NCBI GenBank assembly: GCA_964492025.1
Contig: CAZBHR010000005.1
Span: 26,305 to 90,304, forward strand
Direction of reading: 5' to 3'
DNA length: 64,000 bases
From: an uncultured Spirochaetia bacterium
GTDB lineage: Bacteria; Spirochaetota; Spirochaetia; CAZBHR01
Below are positions 41,632 to 52,800 of this stretch, piece after piece; the stretch's first letter is position 1; each line of letters begins with the position of its first letter. Under the pieces are notes generated by a model. The model searched no databases, was not told where the DNA came from, and worked only from the letters and a program-made list of their open reading frames with translations. Position numbers and translations under genes: made by a program.

Positions 41632-41664
41632 AAAGCGTCTATGTAAAACATAGACGCTTTTTTT
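41632..41664 (+). terminator. Intrinsic terminator after tRNA-Thr
   Basis: aaagcgtctatg-taaaa-catagacgcttttttt. Confidence 0.7.
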
Positions 41665-42361
41665 ATACTTGAGCAATAGTGCAGAGATATATGTGCGAAA
41701 CACCATGGTTCTTAAGTATTTCATAACAGGCATCAATGGTTGCTCCTGTAGTTGCTATATCATCAAGAAGAATAACTCGATTGTTAACCCATTGTGTTGA
41801 GAGAAAAAAGATATTTTTTGAGTGGATTTTACGCCCTACTCTATTTAGGTTTTTCTGCTCTGTAAGATCTTCTGTTTTCCTATGAATAGCTCGATTATAG
41901 GGTATGCCGTATCTATCCCAAAGAATTTTACCTATCTCTTCTACCTGATCCCATCCTCGTTTTTTTATACCTTTTTGGCTTGCAGGAACAGGTACCACGG
42001 TATATCCAACTTTTTTAGACAAACGGTGGATATAGAGTATCTCTGCAAAGATGTGTGCAAGAGATCTATTTAATTCAAACTTATACTCCTCTAGTAGATT
42101 TTTTCCAGTTCCACGGTAAGCAAAGAGCGGGTGATTCTTTCTCTCTGTTAAGCTATTTGTGTTTCGACATCTCATGCAGTTACCACTCTCGCCCAATAGT
42201 GGTAACCCACATCTATTGCATCCCTGTTCAGTTTTAAGAATAGGTAGGTCTATAAAACAGTTATCACATATTGAACGAAATTCTAGGAGTATAGGTTTTC
42301 CACAAAGTGCGCAGCAATGGTGAGTTATTGTGTTGTAAAGAGTATTACGTATGTGACTCAT
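41663..42361 (-). CDS. comF: ComF-family protein (double zinc ribbon plus phosphoribosyltransferase domain)
   Basis: N-terminal Cys pairs and the PRTase motif VILLDDIATTGATI. Confidence 0.75.
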   Translation of the reverse strand: MSHIRNTLYNTITHHCCALCGKPILLEFRSICDNCFIDLPILKTEQGCNRCGLPLLGESGNCMRCRNTNSLTERKNHPLFAYRGTGKNLLEEYKFELNRSLAHIFAEILYIHRLSKKVGYTVVPVPASQKGIKKRGWDQVEEIGKILWDRYGIPYNRAIHRKTEDLTEQKNLNRVGRKIHSKNIFFLSTQWVNNRVILLDDIATTGATIDACYEILKNHGVSHIYLCTIAQV

Positions 42362-42400
42362 ATATGTAATACTCTTTTTTTTATCTTTTTACTTCTACCT

Positions 42401-44974
42401 TTACTGCTTTATCATTGATTGTAGTTTTTCTAAAAGAAGAAGAGCCTCAACAGGAGTGGTTTTTGTTATATCCTGCTCCTCAATCATTGAAATAAGTTCC
42501 TCTTGATTACAGTTTGGTTCTTCATGACTGTCACCTAGTAGATCTAAACTGTGTTGAAGTGGATTCTCCGAGGTGTGAACAGTGTGTTGTTGGGATTCAA
42601 GCCGCTTCATAATATAGTTAGCTCGCTGAATAACGGACTTAGGAATTCCCGCAAGTTTAGCAACCTCTATTCCGTAAGACCCTTCGGCTATACCCTCTTC
42701 TACTCGATTTAAAAAGGTGATCTGTTGTCCTTGTCTTGATACAAGAAGGTGCAGTAGCACAATAAGAGGACTCTCCAGTTGAGCTATTTCCAAAAAGTGA
42801 GTGGCAAATAGAGTCTTTGCTCCTATTTTCAAGAGATACTCAGATACAGCCCAGGCAATAGATAGTCCATCGGTGGTTCCTGTTCCTCGGCCAACCTCAT
42901 CCATAATCACCAAACTATGGGCAGTTGCATTTCTGAGGATATAGGCAGTTTCATTCATCTCAACAAGAAATGTTGATTCTCCACGAGTGAGATTGTCTGT
43001 AGCCCCAACTCTGCAAAAGATCTGATCAGATATTCCTATTTCCGCAGACTCTGCGGGCACAAATGACCCCATTTGTGCCATAAGGATAATGAGTGCAGTT
43101 TGCCGTAAATAGGTAGACTTACCAGCCATGTTGGGTCCTGTAATAAGTGCAAATCTACGATATTGATCTTGGAATGTTGTATCATTTGCCACAAAACTTC
43201 CTGGAGCCATAGAAGATTCTACAACTGGGTGCCTACCCTTTTTAATGAGAATTTTATTATGGTTGCGTATAGTAGGTTTTGTGTAACCATATAACATTGC
43301 TACGGTTGCAAGAGACTGAAATGTATCATAGTGAGCTATCCGCTGTGCTAAGGTGAACAGGTGATCTACTTCGGCGGCTACTAGCTTTTTAAGGTCGAGA
43401 AATAGCGTATTCTCTAACTCTGCAGCCCTTTCCTGTGCTTCTACAGCTCGGGTCTCAATTGACATAAGCTGTTCTGTAGTAAATCGCTCCGCTTGTGCCA
43501 TACTCTGCTTTCTTATATAACTTTCAGGAACCTTATCTGCACCGGATTTTGGAACTTCTAAAAAGTATCCAATAATACGATTATGCTTGAGCTTTATTGT
43601 AGTAATTCCCGTTTTCTGTCGTTCTGACTCTACATACTTTTGCAGAATTGAATCAGCATTGTCTCGTAACGCTCTTAGGCTATCTAACTCCTTATTGAAC
43701 CCCTCTCGAATTGTTTCATTTTTCAGATCATCACTTATAGCATTTTGTAAAAGTGTTGCTATACCCATAAGAGCCTCGGTAGACTTTATATTTTTTGGGA
43801 AAAAAGGAATAACATCTAAGATTGTAGATTCTAACTGATGTGCAGCTAGAAGTGATGTCATAAGTTTAATAAGTTCCTGAGGTGTTATTTTCATAAGAGC
43901 TGATCGTGTAGCTAATCGCTCTAGGTCATGAATTCCTCCTAAGGTCTTCTGTGTAATCTTAAGAAGATTTATATCTGAAAATAACTGCTCTATGGCAAAT
44001 TGTCTTTTCTCTATCTCTTCCTTATGAACAAGTGGGTTCAGAATCCATTGACTTAAAAGCCTTGACCCCATGGGTGTTTTTGTTTTTTTGAGGGTCGAAA
44101 AGAGTGTGAATTTTTCGCCACCATTTAATAGATTGTTGATTAACTCTAAATTACGTTGAGTGGACTCATCCATCTGTAAAAAATCTGATCCTTCTCTTCT
44201 CTCTACCTGAGTAATATATGAGAGGATGTTTTTGGCATTTGATTCAATATAGGAGAGCAGTGCTCCAACACTTTTAATAGCTGGATCATGATCATCAAAC
44301 TGAAATGCTTTTAAATTTTGAACTCCTAACAATCTTTTAAGTCGCTGTTCAGAATCAACTACATCAAACTGCCATTGGGGCACCTTGTTTATGAGTAGGC
44401 CTTCTCGACCAGATAAGATTTGGTCGAGTATTTCCTCATCCTCTAAAAGTGATTGATCAACAAGAATCTCTCTTGGAGAAGTTCTTAGAAGCTCTCTGCG
44501 TACTCCTTCACCATGGGAATCCCAGGGGAATGGACTTACCGTAAAATCTCCAGTTGATATATCTATATACGCATAGGATACAGTAGTGTGCTCTCGAGAG
44601 ATAGCCGCAATATAATTATTTTTGCTACTATCTAAGAAATCCTCCTCAGTAACGGTTCCTGGAGTAATAACTTCAACAACCTCTCGTTGTACTATTTTAC
44701 CCATAGCTGGAGCTGTTACCTGTTCACAGATTGCAATCTTCTTTCCGTACTGTAAAAGTCTTGCAACATAGTTCTGTTTAGCATGATGTGGGATTCCACA
44801 CATAGGAATCCCATTACGCTCGGTAAGTGTAAGATTGAGTAGTGAACTCACCTCCTCGGCTTGCTCAAAAAACATCTCATAAAAATCACCAATCCGAAAG
44901 AAGAGTATGGTATCTCCATACTCTTCTTTAATAGCTCTATACTGTTGTATCATTGGGGTGTCTTGTGTTCCCAT
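42401..44974 (-). CDS. mutS: DNA mismatch repair protein MutS
   Basis: GPNMAGKST Walker A motif and the MutS domains I to V, in an 857-aa protein. Confidence 0.95.
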   Translation of the reverse strand: MGTQDTPMIQQYRAIKEEYGDTILFFRIGDFYEMFFEQAEEVSSLLNLTLTERNGIPMCGIPHHAKQNYVARLLQYGKKIAICEQVTAPAMGKIVQREVVEVITPGTVTEEDFLDSSKNNYIAAISREHTTVSYAYIDISTGDFTVSPFPWDSHGEGVRRELLRTSPREILVDQSLLEDEEILDQILSGREGLLINKVPQWQFDVVDSEQRLKRLLGVQNLKAFQFDDHDPAIKSVGALLSYIESNAKNILSYITQVERREGSDFLQMDESTQRNLELINNLLNGGEKFTLFSTLKKTKTPMGSRLLSQWILNPLVHKEEIEKRQFAIEQLFSDINLLKITQKTLGGIHDLERLATRSALMKITPQELIKLMTSLLAAHQLESTILDVIPFFPKNIKSTEALMGIATLLQNAISDDLKNETIREGFNKELDSLRALRDNADSILQKYVESERQKTGITTIKLKHNRIIGYFLEVPKSGADKVPESYIRKQSMAQAERFTTEQLMSIETRAVEAQERAAELENTLFLDLKKLVAAEVDHLFTLAQRIAHYDTFQSLATVAMLYGYTKPTIRNHNKILIKKGRHPVVESSMAPGSFVANDTTFQDQYRRFALITGPNMAGKSTYLRQTALIILMAQMGSFVPAESAEIGISDQIFCRVGATDNLTRGESTFLVEMNETAYILRNATAHSLVIMDEVGRGTGTTDGLSIAWAVSEYLLKIGAKTLFATHFLEIAQLESPLIVLLHLLVSRQGQQITFLNRVEEGIAEGSYGIEVAKLAGIPKSVIQRANYIMKRLESQQHTVHTSENPLQHSLDLLGDSHEEPNCNQEELISMIEEQDITKTTPVEALLLLEKLQSMIKQ

Positions 44975-44991
44975 ACTTCTATCAACCCTAT

Positions 44992-47514
44992 CTATAGTGC
45001 CATGTTAATGGTAAGGGTAAAGTCTATACCCGAGGCTGGGTTTTCTGGGTTGTAAAAGATACCACCAGGTTTCCACTGAAATTCACCATTAGGATAACTG
45101 AATCCTTTTGAGAAATAGAATCCAAAGGGGAACGACGGAATAACTAACCGAACACCAGCACCGAAACTAAATCGGAAATCATCTATTCCCAATGTTAAAA
45201 TGTCTGATCTGTTAGTAAGAAATCCTGTACCACTAAAGAAAAAATCTGCCCAAATAATATTCTGAGCTAGAGGCATTGTAAGTTCTATTGAGTTATCCCA
45301 TACAACTTCCAGCCCACCTATAGGCGCCCATCCTCTAGCCATACTCATTCCATCGACAATAAGTTTCTCATCTGGAGTAGCTGCTATTCCAGATATCCAC
45401 TCACCATTATTTCGATACAGCTGGTTTAACATAATAGTAAAATTAGTTTTTAACACAAGCACTAAGTGGAAAAACGAAGATCTATCGACATCGCTCTGAA
45501 TAGATAGTAGCGGAATATAGGCTTGCCCAACGGTTTGGCTTTTTAAGTAGTGAGAGATACCACCTAAGATACCTCCTGCGTAGGATGTTGTTTGTGCTAC
45601 ATAACCACCCTTAACTGGGTTAAAAATATAGTTCCTTGTATCCCAAGCAACACGGTTCCATAGTACATTTTTAAATTTCCAGCTGTGAAGGTTGGCTCGC
45701 ACAGTAGGAATATATGGCCTATATAGAGAATCGTCGTAGGTAATATAACGGAGGGTGTTATCTAATCCCCCCATAAGAGAAAATCTACCAAGTTTTGTGT
45801 GCCAGGTATATCCTAAGCTATTACTGAGTGATATTTCCCAACTATTATATGTCATAAGGTTATCAGTAGGTACACCTAAACCCGCATCAATAGCTGCTTG
45901 ATACTCTTCCCAGCTGTTATATGGGTCTGGAGCTGCAGATCCATTGTTGTATTCATCTTCAGTAAAGATAACGCCCTCTCTATCCTGATATATTCCTGAA
46001 CTGATTCCATGGGATATAGAGATACTTGAGTTGTATCCTAGCCTTCTGTTAAAAAGCCAGTTATCAGAAAATGAAAAGCTAAACCGCTGTAGCGCCGCAG
46101 ATAGGTCAAGTGAGGTAGATAGACTTTGACCTCGACCTGCAAGGTTTGTTTCTCCAAAGTTAATTTGAGCCATAAGTGGGAAGCCTCCAGCTCCTCCACT
46201 CACACCAATTGCACCACCAATAACAAGGGTACGTTTCTCTTCAACCATAAAATTAACAATAACTGACCCTGATCCATCATCTATTTGAAGAAGTTCAGAG
46301 GTAACGTCGGTAACCAGTCCTGTATTGTATATATTTCCTAAAGAGCTCATAAGCTTTGACTTACTAAAACTCTCTCCTACCTCTAGATCTACTTCTCGCA
46401 ATAGAACATAGTCTCTGGTCTTATTATTTCCAATTACACGAATATCTCCCACTATTGCCTTAGGAAATTCCTGTATTTTAATAAGGTACGAAACAGTTCT
46501 CTTGTCATTATCTCGAGTAACTACAGGAACAATTTGGTTGTAAATATACCCCTCATCGTAATATACGTCGGCAGATGCTGATAGTTGCTGTTGTATTTTT
46601 GTATTGTTAAGAGGATCACCAATTTCATGTTTTATAGGGTGTGCTAACTCCTTCTCTGTGTATAAAGTGTTTCCTGTAAACTCTATACCACCAAAATACC
46701 ACTGTGGACCTTCATCAAGGAAAAAGATAATTGTTAGCTCATTCAAGTCACTAGAGGCTCGTAACTGGGTGGTTACATCATACACATCAACATCAAGATA
46801 TCCCATATCTTGGTAATAGATCTCAATGGCTTGCATATCTAATTCTAGGTTTTGCTCAAGAAAGTCTCCTCTACTAAAAATGGATCGCTCATCAGAAACA
46901 AGCTGTCTTCTAAGGGTTGAGTCTGAGGCCTTTGTATTTCCTTCAAAGAGAATATCCTTTATCTTCCACCGTGTTCCCTCTTGCACTGAAACAGTAACGG
47001 TAGATAGTTTTCTTTCGTTGTCAGTATCTACTGAAATATCAAGATCAATAAAAGCAAATCCCTTATCCACATACTTATTTGCAATAGCACTTTTATCGGT
47101 TCTTAGGGTTCCCCTGTTAAGAATATCTCCCACCTGCTGACTCATAGTTCCTCGAATATCTCTATCTGAGAAGTATGAGTTACCCTGAACAATAATTTTC
47201 TCTATAAGAGGTAATTCCGTAACTTGAAAAATAATACGAGAACTCTCTTTTGTTTCATCAATAGGCTCAATTTTAGCGGAAAAATAGGAAAAGTTTTTCT
47301 GTTTTTTTAAGCTAGTCTGAATTTTAGTAAAGAGCTCCGGTGTGAAATCTTTTCCGATGTAATTCGCCACCAGTGAATGTGCATCGCTGGGTGTTACATG
47401 TATAAGTCCTTCAAACTGGATCTCCTGAATTGGTTTATTATCCCACCAACTCTCTCCTAGTAAGGGAACTACTGCGAGAAAGAATATTAATAAAACCGAT
47501 GCTAAACGCTTCAT
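44992..47514 (-). CDS. bamA: Outer membrane protein assembly factor BamA
   Basis: Signal peptide, POTRA repeats, and a C-terminal Omp85 barrel in an 840-aa protein. Confidence 0.85.
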   Translation of the reverse strand: MKRLASVLLIFFLAVVPLLGESWWDNKPIQEIQFEGLIHVTPSDAHSLVANYIGKDFTPELFTKIQTSLKKQKNFSYFSAKIEPIDETKESSRIIFQVTELPLIEKIIVQGNSYFSDRDIRGTMSQQVGDILNRGTLRTDKSAIANKYVDKGFAFIDLDISVDTDNERKLSTVTVSVQEGTRWKIKDILFEGNTKASDSTLRRQLVSDERSIFSRGDFLEQNLELDMQAIEIYYQDMGYLDVDVYDVTTQLRASSDLNELTIIFFLDEGPQWYFGGIEFTGNTLYTEKELAHPIKHEIGDPLNNTKIQQQLSASADVYYDEGYIYNQIVPVVTRDNDKRTVSYLIKIQEFPKAIVGDIRVIGNNKTRDYVLLREVDLEVGESFSKSKLMSSLGNIYNTGLVTDVTSELLQIDDGSGSVIVNFMVEEKRTLVIGGAIGVSGGAGGFPLMAQINFGETNLAGRGQSLSTSLDLSAALQRFSFSFSDNWLFNRRLGYNSSISISHGISSGIYQDREGVIFTEDEYNNGSAAPDPYNSWEEYQAAIDAGLGVPTDNLMTYNSWEISLSNSLGYTWHTKLGRFSLMGGLDNTLRYITYDDSLYRPYIPTVRANLHSWKFKNVLWNRVAWDTRNYIFNPVKGGYVAQTTSYAGGILGGISHYLKSQTVGQAYIPLLSIQSDVDRSSFFHLVLVLKTNFTIMLNQLYRNNGEWISGIAATPDEKLIVDGMSMARGWAPIGGLEVVWDNSIELTMPLAQNIIWADFFFSGTGFLTNRSDILTLGIDDFRFSFGAGVRLVIPSFPFGFYFSKGFSYPNGEFQWKPGGIFYNPENPASGIDFTLTINMAL

Positions 47515-47523
47515 ATATGCTCC

Positions 47524-50500
47524 TTATAAAATATATCGCCAAGAAAACCCTAAGTAGGTATTTCTCAGTAGCGACATTGGGTCATTTAATTCTGGTCGAA
47601 TAGAGAGTGAGAAAAGGAAAAAGGGAGTATCCCATTCCAGTCCAAATTCTGATTCGAAAAATACTATATCATTTTGATTCACCTTTGTGAAGGATGGAGG
47701 ATCAGTGGTTAGTCGGAAAAGTGCCTGCACATAGAGGTTTGAAAAAATTGTTTTCCCAAAGGTGATAGTTGTGTTATCAAAGAGTGTTATGAGAGGTGCT
47801 GCCTGCTCTTGTTGTCCGAAAAAATAAGAGTACTGATAGAGTACAACATTTTGAATAAACTGAGTTCTTACCGTGAGGATATCAAGATTGAGAGCTTCAC
47901 GTACTCTTTTTACCGCATTATTTACCTGATCAATTTGTCGAATACCAAAATCTGCCACAGAAGATACTGCGGAGATAAGGTTTCTATTTCCATCAATATT
48001 TGTGGGAATAAAGTTTCCCGCTAGTACCCCAATAATCTCCTGGTCACTCATGTAGGGTGATGAGGTGAAAGTTGGGCTAAACTTACTTAATGGACTCTCT
48101 GGTATCGATAAATATATATCAACACGTTCACCCGTAGGGTCTACATCACGGAGCTTTGCCTCAACCTGAAGTACTGGATCAAAACGACCGTCCGCCTCAT
48201 TAAATACAATGGATCCTGAGGTTATGTAAAAACTTCGTTGTAAGTAGTATATCTCTCCACCACGAATCTTAATATCTCCAGAAACAAGTGATCGCTGACT
48301 TCGTCCGTCTACGTTTATCTTAAGTATACTTCCTGGAGCAGCAACAGCTAGAAGAATTGGGAAGCTCTCATCGGGCCAAAGGAATTTTACATCCCTACCT
48401 GTCTCAACTTCAAGGTCTACATTTAGAATTGTATTAGAACTTTCTCCATCTGATTTACTTCGTTCAACCATGGTAACCGCTGTTTTCTGTGTTTTAATAT
48501 TACCAGAAAGTTCGATCATTGTTTCATTAAGATAGATATTGAAATTTCCAAATACCGTACCGTCAATACCTAGACCCAGTGTGTCAAAATCATAATCAAA
48601 ATCAAGACCAGTTTTTTTATCAACATCAATAGATAAGGCTAACTCTCTTAACTTTAGGTCTTCCAAATTTAATGATCCAGAGATAGTTGCTCTCTGCTTC
48701 CCTGCCTGTACCGTAAATGGGTGTAGCTCAATATCCTTTCCCTCAGCAGTGAACAGTACATTAGGAAGTGTGAGGGTTGATGGAATATATCCAATTGTTG
48801 CGGTATGGCTATTTGTAGCAAGGTATCCATTCCAATCTGGGTTACTTGGAGATCCAGAAACGGCGAGTGATCCATAGGCTTTTCCATCCTGAAATTTGAG
48901 ATCTTCAATATTTAAGTAATTGAGAATACTCATATCTACACTAATATTATTACTCTCAATAAGCATCTCATCACTCCGTATAAAGCCTGAGAAGGTTCCC
49001 ATAAGTGGTAAGCCCTGGGAAAGGTGTGCATGAAAGTCACCTGCAGATGAGATAGTGATCAACGCACCAGAACTAGGTCCTCCTACAAGGTTGAGGCGCC
49101 CCTTATGTCCATATGCAAAAAGATCAATATTGGGGAATCGCTCATCTCCAAGAAAGAGATCTGAGAAGTGAATATCCCCTTGAAATGAAGATGTTAAGAA
49201 CTCATTGATGTTTTCTCCATGACTGATCACATTAAATGCAATAGTTGATGTAACAGGATCTGACATAAAGGGAGCTGAAATGTTTGTTTTTCCCCGAACT
49301 GTTCCATCTTCAATATTACCATTAACTGTAAGGTTTCTTATATCTACACCACCGTAGATGATTCGTTTTGTTTCAATACGTATATTCTGAAGGCTCGCAA
49401 AAATATTGAGGTTTCCAAATATTTGGCTCTGTCTAATTTGGGCACTCTTTGATGATAATTCGAGTGATATTTTAGGATCAGTTAGGGATCCAGATAGTGT
49501 TCCTAGTCCAACAAAAGATCCTCGTCCTGGTGTTTTGGGAAATAACCGGTTTACTGGAATAATGGGCATATTAATAGTACCCGATATTTGATCAGGTGTT
49601 CCCTGTATCATGAGTGAGTATGTTTCATCTTTGAAACCTTCAAGAAATGAGAAGTCCATATTTGCATCAATATCTATCGTTTCACCAGGAGTGAGTGCTA
49701 TGTTTCCAATACCTCGAAGTCGTAAACCACCATAATCAAGTCCAAGTGTATGAATTGATGCAGACCCATCTTTGTAATTTGCTTCAGCCAGTATATTCAT
49801 GTCAAAAGCTTTAAGTTCAAAGTCCTCCAACTCAATAAATGGATTGCCATCTTCCATGATTTTTCCTGCTAACTGAATTGAAAGGAATCCACTCTCAGTC
49901 CCATCACTGTTTACAGGGATAGGAAGATTCTTTGAAGCCAGAGTAAATGGATTGCTGTCATTAAGTGTGATCTCACCTCTTAAGAGAGTTCCATCTCTTC
50001 CTGCTAGCCTCACTACAGAATCTTCAAATCGAGTGGTAATAAAATATTCATGAGAGAGTATTTCTATATCGATATCTGCCGACTTGTTCTCCACGTCAAG
50101 GGCAATAGCACCAGATATTTCTGGAATGGTTACTCCATCCATATCCAGAGTCATGGTAAAGTTGGTACTCTCCTCTGTTATTATGGAGGCTACCTGAATA
50201 GTTGTTCCACTACTCTGGTCTTCAAGAGTGAGTATTCCTTCTAGCCCAAGAGAGGTAAGATCTATTATTCCAGAGTATGTTCCACTCAAGGAGTCTTTGG
50301 ATATTTTTAGTTGCTTTGCTGTAATAATACCGTTATTCCCATAGATCTGTCCAGAAAATAGAATATTATTTAAAAGTACATCCAAATCTCCTGAGTAAAA
50401 GATGTTTTTTCTAGGTACCGAATATGTGACAGATCCCTTTCCTGTCACTAAGGTTTGTGGAAGTATGGTGCCTTCCATCTGAAAGATCTCTGATATCTCA

Positions 50501-51375
50501 AGTGATTCCATCTCAAAATCAGCCTCGATAAGCTGTTCTGTAAGATAATACCGTAGAGCAATATCCAGAGGGGCTTTTCCTTCTACCTTTGCTAGCTTGA
50601 GCACATTTTGATCTCTGTGAATCTGAAAACTCTGATCAGTAATAAGAATATTAGCATATTGTAGCTGCTTAAGTTTAACAGTAGAAACAAAGGATTGAAA
50701 GAAGTTCCCTGTCTGCCCTGTAATCCTAAGATCAGAAGAGAGAATGTGTTCACCATCTTGGTATCCCTGAACCAGTCCTAACACTTTAAAATCTATATTA
50801 TTATCTTTAAAAAGCGCATCAATTAATTGTGACTCAACAGTAATACTTTGATTCTCTCCATAAACAGTGATAAAACATTGGGTTGCTTTTACAGCAAAAT
50901 CAGGTAAAGAGTTTGTTTTCTTCTCTTTTGTACTCTTTCCTTTATCTTGAGATTCTCCCTGATTGAAAATTTTTTGAAACATATACGGTTGGTTTACCAT
51001 ATCTATGTATATATTAGCTCTGTGAATTGAGAGGGTTGTAGTTTTTTTACCCCTCTGGGAAAAAAGTAATTCTAGGAGAGAGTAATGAACTCTAAAACGG
51101 TCTACCGAAAGTATCGTTCTGTTATCCTCTTTGTTTATAAGCTCTACATTTCGTAACTCAATAAACTGAAATATGCTAGGAGAGATAGAGTCGTATAAAA
51201 TATTAATCTGAAACTCCTCTTCAACCTGAACCATAAGTTTAGCATGAATTGTTTCCATGTTATTCCTTATAGACTGCTGAATAGGAAAAAGTGCAGATAT
51301 CATCAGTATCATAGATAGCACATAGACTACCCATGATAAACCGATATATTTTTTTTGAATACGACGAATTTTCAT
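47524..51375 (-). CDS. tamB: Translocation and assembly module protein TamB-like (DUF490/AsmA-like)
   Basis: 1283 aa with an N-terminal TM anchor and a long beta-rich body. Lies immediately upstream of bamA, as in other spirochetes. Confidence 0.6.
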   Translation of the reverse strand: MKIRRIQKKYIGLSWVVYVLSMILMISALFPIQQSIRNNMETIHAKLMVQVEEEFQINILYDSISPSIFQFIELRNVELINKEDNRTILSVDRFRVHYSLLELLFSQRGKKTTTLSIHRANIYIDMVNQPYMFQKIFNQGESQDKGKSTKEKKTNSLPDFAVKATQCFITVYGENQSITVESQLIDALFKDNNIDFKVLGLVQGYQDGEHILSSDLRITGQTGNFFQSFVSTVKLKQLQYANILITDQSFQIHRDQNVLKLAKVEGKAPLDIALRYYLTEQLIEADFEMESLEISEIFQMEGTILPQTLVTGKGSVTYSVPRKNIFYSGDLDVLLNNILFSGQIYGNNGIITAKQLKISKDSLSGTYSGIIDLTSLGLEGILTLEDQSSGTTIQVASIITEESTNFTMTLDMDGVTIPEISGAIALDVENKSADIDIEILSHEYFITTRFEDSVVRLAGRDGTLLRGEITLNDSNPFTLASKNLPIPVNSDGTESGFLSIQLAGKIMEDGNPFIELEDFELKAFDMNILAEANYKDGSASIHTLGLDYGGLRLRGIGNIALTPGETIDIDANMDFSFLEGFKDETYSLMIQGTPDQISGTINMPIIPVNRLFPKTPGRGSFVGLGTLSGSLTDPKISLELSSKSAQIRQSQIFGNLNIFASLQNIRIETKRIIYGGVDIRNLTVNGNIEDGTVRGKTNISAPFMSDPVTSTIAFNVISHGENINEFLTSSFQGDIHFSDLFLGDERFPNIDLFAYGHKGRLNLVGGPSSGALITISSAGDFHAHLSQGLPLMGTFSGFIRSDEMLIESNNISVDMSILNYLNIEDLKFQDGKAYGSLAVSGSPSNPDWNGYLATNSHTATIGYIPSTLTLPNVLFTAEGKDIELHPFTVQAGKQRATISGSLNLEDLKLRELALSIDVDKKTGLDFDYDFDTLGLGIDGTVFGNFNIYLNETMIELSGNIKTQKTAVTMVERSKSDGESSNTILNVDLEVETGRDVKFLWPDESFPILLAVAAPGSILKINVDGRSQRSLVSGDIKIRGGEIYYLQRSFYITSGSIVFNEADGRFDPVLQVEAKLRDVDPTGERVDIYLSIPESPLSKFSPTFTSSPYMSDQEIIGVLAGNFIPTNIDGNRNLISAVSSVADFGIRQIDQVNNAVKRVREALNLDILTVRTQFIQNVVLYQYSYFFGQQEQAAPLITLFDNTTITFGKTIFSNLYVQALFRLTTDPPSFTKVNQNDIVFFESEFGLEWDTPFFLFSLSIRPELNDPMSLLRNTYLGFSWRYIL

Positions 51376-51443
51376 AATTAACTAGTTACTCACTTTCCTC
51401 TTGTTAACATACCTATTTTTAAGAGAAAAAGCAAGGTAAATAA

Positions 51444-52775
51444 CTATGCGTGATCCTTAGATGCTGGCTCGAAAAGAGTAAATTGAGGCCTAAAGGCAAG
51501 ATTGAGAGAACCCACTGGACCGTTTCGTTGTTTTGCAATAATAAGCTCGGTAAAACTATTCTTTTCAGGATCCCTATCTCGGTGTAAAAACATAACAACA
51601 TCCGCATCCTGCTCAATAGATCCAGACTCTCTTAAGTCCGCCAATGTTGGTGGTTTTCCCTCTGTTTGTCGTCCTACCTGAGAGAGACAGACTATAGGGA
51701 TATTAAGCTCACGGGCAAGTGACTTGATAGATCGAGAAATTTCTGCGACCTGTTCATGTCGTGGAATATTACCCTTATTTTCTGGTTCGATAAGTCCAAT
51801 ATAGTCAATAAAGATAACTTGAATATCATGCTTACTCTTCATTCTTCTTGCTTGAGCTCTTAGGTCAAGCAGCTTCATGTTTGGTGTATCATCAATATAG
51901 AGAGGTGCCTCATAGAGTTTAGAAAATCCATCTTGAAGAAGGCTCATATCGGATTCACTTAGTAGTCCACTTCTTAGCTTTCCTGCATTAATTTTTCCTA
52001 CCTGAGAAACAAGACGTTGAATAAGAGCTGGTCCAGACATCTCAAGAGTGAAAAACCCAACGGGAATACGTTTTTTTACGGCAATATGATTTACAAAAGT
52101 AAGGGCTAATGCGGTCTTTCCTACAGAAGGTCTTGCCCCTAGTACAATAAACTCTGACTCTTGAAAACCACTTGTCATAGAGTCTAAATCGGGCAGCCCA
52201 CAGGGAACTCCTGTGTAAAAGTTTTGATCTGAGCCCTTTCTGTTTCGCATACGGTCTAAGATTGCCATGGTATCGTCAACAATCTCACTGGCTGGCTGAA
52301 ATCCTCGCTGTTTTTGTCGTTCGGTTATCTCAAAAATGAGTTTTTCCGCATCCTCAATAACAGCTCTACTCTCTTGGGATTCATCATAGGCACTGGCAAC
52401 AATTTCAGCGGATATTTTTAAAAGAGTTCTTCGAACACTACACCCGTGAACAATTTTCGCATAATACTCAACATTAGCACTGGTTGGAACAATTGATGTT
52501 AAACTAGAAATATATCTACTTCCACCCGCATCCTGTAGAGTTCCCTCTCCTCGAAGTTCCTCGGTGAGTGTAATAAGATCAATAGCCTCATTTCTGTTCG
52601 AAAGAGAAAGTATTGCGGAGAATATCTGTTGGTGTGATTTTTTGTAAAAATCCCCTGCCCGGAGGAACTGTAGTACCACCGGGAGGGCATCGTTATCAAT
52701 AAGTAGAGCACCAAGGGTTGCCTGTTCGGCCTCAATATTGTGCGGAGGCACCCGTCCTTGTTCTAAAGATTTCAT
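51444..52775 (-). CDS. dnaB: Replicative DNA helicase
   Basis: Walker A motif GARPSVGKTALALTF and the DnaB N-terminal domain. Confidence 0.95.
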   Translation of the reverse strand: MKSLEQGRVPPHNIEAEQATLGALLIDNDALPVVLQFLRAGDFYKKSHQQIFSAILSLSNRNEAIDLITLTEELRGEGTLQDAGGSRYISSLTSIVPTSANVEYYAKIVHGCSVRRTLLKISAEIVASAYDESQESRAVIEDAEKLIFEITERQKQRGFQPASEIVDDTMAILDRMRNRKGSDQNFYTGVPCGLPDLDSMTSGFQESEFIVLGARPSVGKTALALTFVNHIAVKKRIPVGFFTLEMSGPALIQRLVSQVGKINAGKLRSGLLSESDMSLLQDGFSKLYEAPLYIDDTPNMKLLDLRAQARRMKSKHDIQVIFIDYIGLIEPENKGNIPRHEQVAEISRSIKSLARELNIPIVCLSQVGRQTEGKPPTLADLRESGSIEQDADVVMFLHRDRDPEKNSFTELIIAKQRNGPVGSLNLAFRPQFTLFEPASKDHA

Positions 52776-52800
52776 GGCAACCCCCTTCTACGTGCAATAC

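Noticed and set aside
41235-41662. tRNA-flanked genomic island or integrated element
   Set aside because: There is no integrase, transposase or direct repeat of the tRNA 3' end. The flanking genes (ykgJ-dnaG-rpoD, comF, mutS) are core housekeeping genes.
41287-41736. 149-aa minus-strand ORF spanning the tRNA region
   Set aside because: It overlaps both tRNA-Tyr and tRNA-Thr and their promoters, and it has no RBS. It is an artefact of ORF calling.
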